Shown one piece after another: positions 28,705-32,000 of a stretch of DNA of 32,000 bases. A program made the translations under genes and the position numbers. Source of the stretch: Dickeya solani IPO 2222 (GTDB lineage: Bacteria; Pseudomonadota; Gammaproteobacteria; Enterobacterales; Enterobacteriaceae); contig NZ_CP015137.1 in NCBI RefSeq assembly GCF_001644705.1, positions 3,720,001 through 3,752,000 on the forward strand, given 5' to 3'. Position 1 is the stretch's first letter; every line of letters begins with the position of its first letter. Under the pieces are notes generated by a model, which was given only the letters and a program-made list of their open reading frames with translations, did not search any database and was not told the origin of the DNA.

Positions 28705-31700
28705 ATGCAAGAGACCTTTTTTCAACACCCTGCATCTTTGGCGCAGAAGAGATTATGGTTACTTCAACAACTGGAACCGCAATCGGCCAACTACCATATT
28801 CCGACCTTACTGGAATTGACCGGGCCGGTGGACAGGGCGGCGCTGCAACAATCGGTTGATTGGCTGGTGGCGCGCCATGAGTCATTCCGTACCGATTTCG
28901 CCTTTGAACAGGACGTCTTGTGGCAGCGTTGCCATCAGCACTACACGCTGCCGGTCAACTGGGTGGACGTGTCGGATTGCGATGAGGCGCAGCAACAACA
29001 GCGGGTGGCCGCCGAGCGGGACAACAATATCGACCTGCATCAGGGGCCGCTGGCGCGCATTACGCTGTTTTATTGCGGCGAACAGCGCTATCTGTTGCTG
29101 ATGGTGCTGCACCATATCATCTCCGACGGCTGGTCGGCGGGCATCATCAGCCGGGAGCTGGCGGAGGGCTACAACGCCGCCCGCCGCGGCGAGGTCCTGA
29201 CCCGCCCGGAGCTGGATATCCAGTACATCGATTACACCGCCTGGCAACAGGAGGAGATGGAACAGGAGAGCTATCGGCAGTCGCTGCGTTGGTGGACGGA
29301 ACGGCTGCGCGGTATTGAGCCGGTTGCCTTTCCCACCGACCATGCACGCCCGGCGCGCATCAGTACCCACGGCAAAACCTATGGCTTTCGTCTGCCCGGT
29401 GAACTGAGCCGAAAACTGGCGCAGCTGGCGCGCCAGCGCAACAACACGCTCTATTCCACCCTGCTCAGTGCGTTTTATCTGTTGCTGCACCGCTACAGCG
29501 GCCAGACCGATCTGGTCATCGGCACGCCGGTCGCCGGTCGCAGCCAGATGGCGCTGGAAAACGTGGTGGGTTTTTTCGTCAATACGCTGGTCTACCGCAT
29601 TGACCTTGATCCGGCGCAGCGTTTCGACCAATTGCAACAGCAGGTATTCGAGACGGTGCTGGCCGGGCTGGAGCACCAGCAGGTGAGCTTCGACCGGCTG
29701 GTGGAGGCGATCAACCCGCCGCGTGACCTCAGCTATTCGCCGCTGTTTCAGATCATGTTCTCGTTCGACGAATACGAGCAAAGCCAGTGGCGGTTTGACG
29801 GCATCGACAGCCAGCCGCGGATAACACTGGGCGACCATGCCAAATACGACCTGACGTTATCAATGGAAAAACAGGGTGATGAATTGCTGGGTGCCTTCGA
29901 GTACAGCACCGACCTGTTTGACGACGACACCATCGCGCGCCTCAGCCGTAATTTCACCTTCCTGCTGTCGGAGATCGTCGCGCAGCCAGAAGCGACGCTG
30001 CGCGCCTACCAGTGCGTGACGCCGGAGGAAAAGGCGCTGCTGTTGAATGACTGGCAACGCGAGCGCGCCAGCCACCCGGTCACCACCACGTTGCACCAGC
30101 AGTTCGAACAGCAGGCGGCGCGACGCCCGCAGGCGGTGGCGCTCAGTGGCGAAAACGGCTTGCGCGTCAGTTACCGGCAACTTAACCAGCGCGCCAACCA
30201 ACTGGCCCACTATCTGCTGAAGATGAAAGCCCAGCCGGGGGAGCACCCGTCGCGGGTCGGCATCTGTCTGGAGCGCGACGACAACACGCTGGTGGCGATT
30301 CTGGCTATCCTCAAGGCGGGCATGACCTACGTGCCGATCGACAGCAGCCATGCTCAGGCGCGTATTCATTACTACGTGCAGGACGCCGGGCTGAACTGGG
30401 TGATTGGCGGGGAGCCGTTCCGTCATCTGTTCGCCGGTTGCGACGCCGATTTCATCAGCCTCGACAACGAAGCCGGGCTGATTGCCACCATGCCGGAAAC
30501 CAACCCGGAAGTCGCCGTCAGGCCGGACTGCCTGGCGTATATCATTTACACCTCCGGCTCCACCGGCAATCCGAAAGGGGTGGAGATCCCGCATGCGAAC
30601 GTGCTGAGGCTGTTCAGCGCCAGTGAACGCCACTTCACGTTCAGTGAAGCGGATGTGTGGACGTTATTTCACTCCTGCGCGTTCGACTTTTCGGTGTGGG
30701 AAATCTGGGGCGCGCTGCTGTATGGCGCCCGGCTGAGCGTGGTGCCCTATTGGGTGACCCGCACGCCGGCGCGTTTTCGCCAGTGGCTGGACGATGAGCG
30801 CGTCACGGTGCTCAACCAGACGCCGTCCGCGCTGTATCAACTGATTGCCGCCGACGGCCAGACGCCGGGGCGATGCGATAGCCTGCGCTACATCGTGCTG
30901 GGGGGCGAGGCGCTGGAGCCGGCGTCGCTGCGGGCGTGGTTCGCCAAATACGGCGACGACCAGCCGGACATCATCAACATGTACGGCATTACCGAAACTA
31001 CGGTGCACGTCACCTGGCGTAAAATCACCCAGGCCGATGCGCAACAGGGCGGCAAAAGCCCGATCGGCGTGGCGCTGGATGACCTGCGCATCTATCTGCT
31101 GGACGCCCAGCAGAACCTGGTGCCGCTCGGGGCGACTGGCGAAATGTACGTAGGCGGCGCTGGGGTGGCCAGAGGCTATCTGCACCGGCCGGCGCTGACC
31201 GCGGAGCGTTTTATCCCGCTACAGGCTATTTTCCCGCAAGACGCTTTACCGCCTGACCAACGCGGCGAACGGGTCTACCGCAGCGGCGATCTGGCGCGTT
31301 TTCATGCCGACGGTTCGCTGGAATACCTCGGTCGTAGCGACCATCAGGTGAAAATTCGTGGTTTTCGCATCGAACTGGGGGAAATCGAAACCACCCTCAA
31401 ACGGCTGCCGCACGTGGAACAGGCGATCGTGCTGGCGCAGCGCGACCAACAGCAGCAGGCGCGGCTGGTGGCGTACGTGGTTTGCGACGAGTCGTGCACC
31501 ACCGAAATACTGCGCGCCGGATTGAAAGAAACGCTGCCGGACTACATGCTGCCGTCGGTGTTTTACTTCCTGGAGACGTTGCCGCTGACCACCAACGGTA
31601 AAATCGACCGGGCGGCGCTGCTGGCGCTGCAACAAGACCGGCCGCAGCTCGCCAGTGAATTCGTGGCGGCGCGTACCGATGTGGAACGTCAACTGGTCGG

Positions 31701-31890
31701 CCTGTGGCGTCAGGCGCTGCAACTCGACGCCATCGGCGTGCATGACAATTTCTTCGCGCTGGGGGGCGATTCGCTGCGCGGGGTGCAACTGGTGGGGCGC
31801 GCCAACGACCTGGACTGGAACCTGTCGCTGGTGGATCTGTTCCAGCATCAAACCATCGCCGAACTGGCGACGCTGATTGAGCAGACGCTG
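28705..31890 (+). other. NRPS module 5: C-A-T, Thr code
   Basis: The specificity residues come from 'FDFSVWE', 'VLNQTPS', 'IVLGGEA', 'NMYGITETTVH' and 'TNGKIDR'. They give DFWNVGMVHK, against the canonical Thr code DFWNIGMVHK. Confidence 0.75.
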
Positions 31891-32000
31891 TCCGGGCAGC
31901 GCGGCGGCGTCGCGCGCACCGAACCGTTCAGCCTGATCTCGGAACAGGACCGGGCGCGTCTGCCGGAGGAGGTGGTGGACGCCTATCCGCTGAGCCGTAT
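28705..32000 (+). CDS. Second NRPS, 3'-truncated by the window edge: C-A-T followed by the start of another C domain
   Basis: This CDS is absent from the ORF track because it has no stop in the window. I translated frame 1 by hand at several points. GGAGG (28696-28700) precedes ATG 28705. Motifs: 'SLAQKRLWLLQQ', 'LHHIISDGWS' (29110-29130), 'YIIYTSGSTGNPKGV', 'NMYGITETT', 'YRSGD', 'GRSDHQVKIRGFRIELGEIE', 'TNGKIDR', 'FFALGGDSL'. The window ends in '...VVDAYPLSR' (C1-like motif). Confidence 0.9.
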   Translation, partial: MQETFFQHPASLAQKRLWLLQQLEPQSANYHIPTLLELTGPVDRAALQQSVDWLVARHESFRTDFAFEQDVLWQRCHQHYTLPVNWVDVSDCDEAQQQQRVAAERDNNIDLHQGPLARITLFYCGEQRYLLLMVLHHIISDGWSAGIISRELAEGYNAARRGEVLTRPELDIQYIDYTAWQQEEMEQESYRQSLRWWTERLRGIEPVAFPTDHARPARISTHGKTYGFRLPGELSRKLAQLARQRNNTLYSTLLSAFYLLLHRYSGQTDLVIGTPVAGRSQMALENVVGFFVNTLVYRIDLDPAQRFDQLQQQVFETVLAGLEHQQVSFDRLVEAINPPRDLSYSPLFQIMFSFDEYEQSQWRFDGIDSQPRITLGDHAKYDLTLSMEKQGDELLGAFEYSTDLFDDDTIARLSRNFTFLLSEIVAQPEATLRAYQCVTPEEKALLLNDWQRERASHPVTTTLHQQFEQQAARRPQAVALSGENGLRVSYRQLNQRANQLAHYLLKMKAQPGEHPSRVGICLERDDNTLVAILAILKAGMTYVPIDSSHAQARIHYYVQDAGLNWVIGGEPFRHLFAGCDADFISLDNEAGLIATMPETNPEVAVRPDCLAYIIYTSGSTGNPKGVEIPHANVLRLFSASERHFTFSEADVWTLFHSCAFDFSVWEIWGALLYGARLSVVPYWVTRTPARFRQWLDDERVTVLNQTPSALYQLIAADGQTPGRCDSLRYIVLGGEALEPASLRAWFAKYGDDQPDIINMYGITETTVHVTWRKITQADAQQGGKSPIGVALDDLRIYLLDAQQNLVPLGATGEMYVGGAGVARGYLHRPALTAERFIPLQAIFPQDALPPDQRGERVYRSGDLARFHADGSLEYLGRSDHQVKIRGFRIELGEIETTLKRLPHVEQAIVLAQRDQQQQARLVAYVVCDESCTTEILRAGLKETLPDYMLPSVFYFLETLPLTTNGKIDRAALLALQQDRPQLASEFVAARTDVERQLVGLWRQALQLDAIGVHDNFFALGGDSLRGVQLVGRANDLDWNLSLVDLFQHQTIAELATLIEQTLSGQRGGVARTEPFSLISEQDRARLPEEVVDAYPLSR

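Overview
The window is GC-rich, fully coding and carries one gene set on the + strand: eight co-directional CDSs, with the first and last cut by the window edges. There are no RNA genes, CRISPR arrays, IS elements or integrases. Gene order is: (1) a PfaA-like multidomain PUFA-synthase-type subunit (KS tail, AT, ACP, KR, DH); (2) a PfaC-like KS, chain-length-factor and FabA-type DH subunit; (3) a PfaD-type enoyl reductase fused in frame to a class-III PLP aminotransferase; (4) a FabG-like SDR; (5) a stand-alone thioester reductase; (6) a YafV-like carbon-nitrogen hydrolase (omega-amidase family); (7) a 4-module NRPS (A-T-C-A-T-C-A-T-E-C-A-T); (8) the start of a second NRPS (C-A-T-C...). This architecture is the one I recall for the zeamine (Dickeya zms / Serratia zmn) and fabclavine (Xenorhabdus fcl) polyamino-antibiotic clusters. 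The first protein would be about 2350 aa if a normal KS N-terminus lies upstream, which is the size I recall for ZmsA. At cluster level I therefore judge this a known class, not a new system. I could not run any homology search, so this identification is from memory. The parts that merit follow-up are sub-features read directly from the sequence. They are a relic SD plus ATG at the ER/aminotransferase fusion point and an omega-amidase that could pull glutamine-dependent transaminations forward. They also include a 15-bp in-frame tandem repeat (DVLKT x4-5) and a three-copy 10-nt motif in the only sizeable intergenic gap that could alternately expose or sequester the next gene's SD. On the NRPS side they are hand-extracted A-domain codes (unusual DPR-type, Phe-like, Asn, Asn, Thr), HHxxxDE condensation motifs and a local low-GC mosaic patch. 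The many long antisense and alternate-frame ORFs in the track are treated as GC-composition artefacts.
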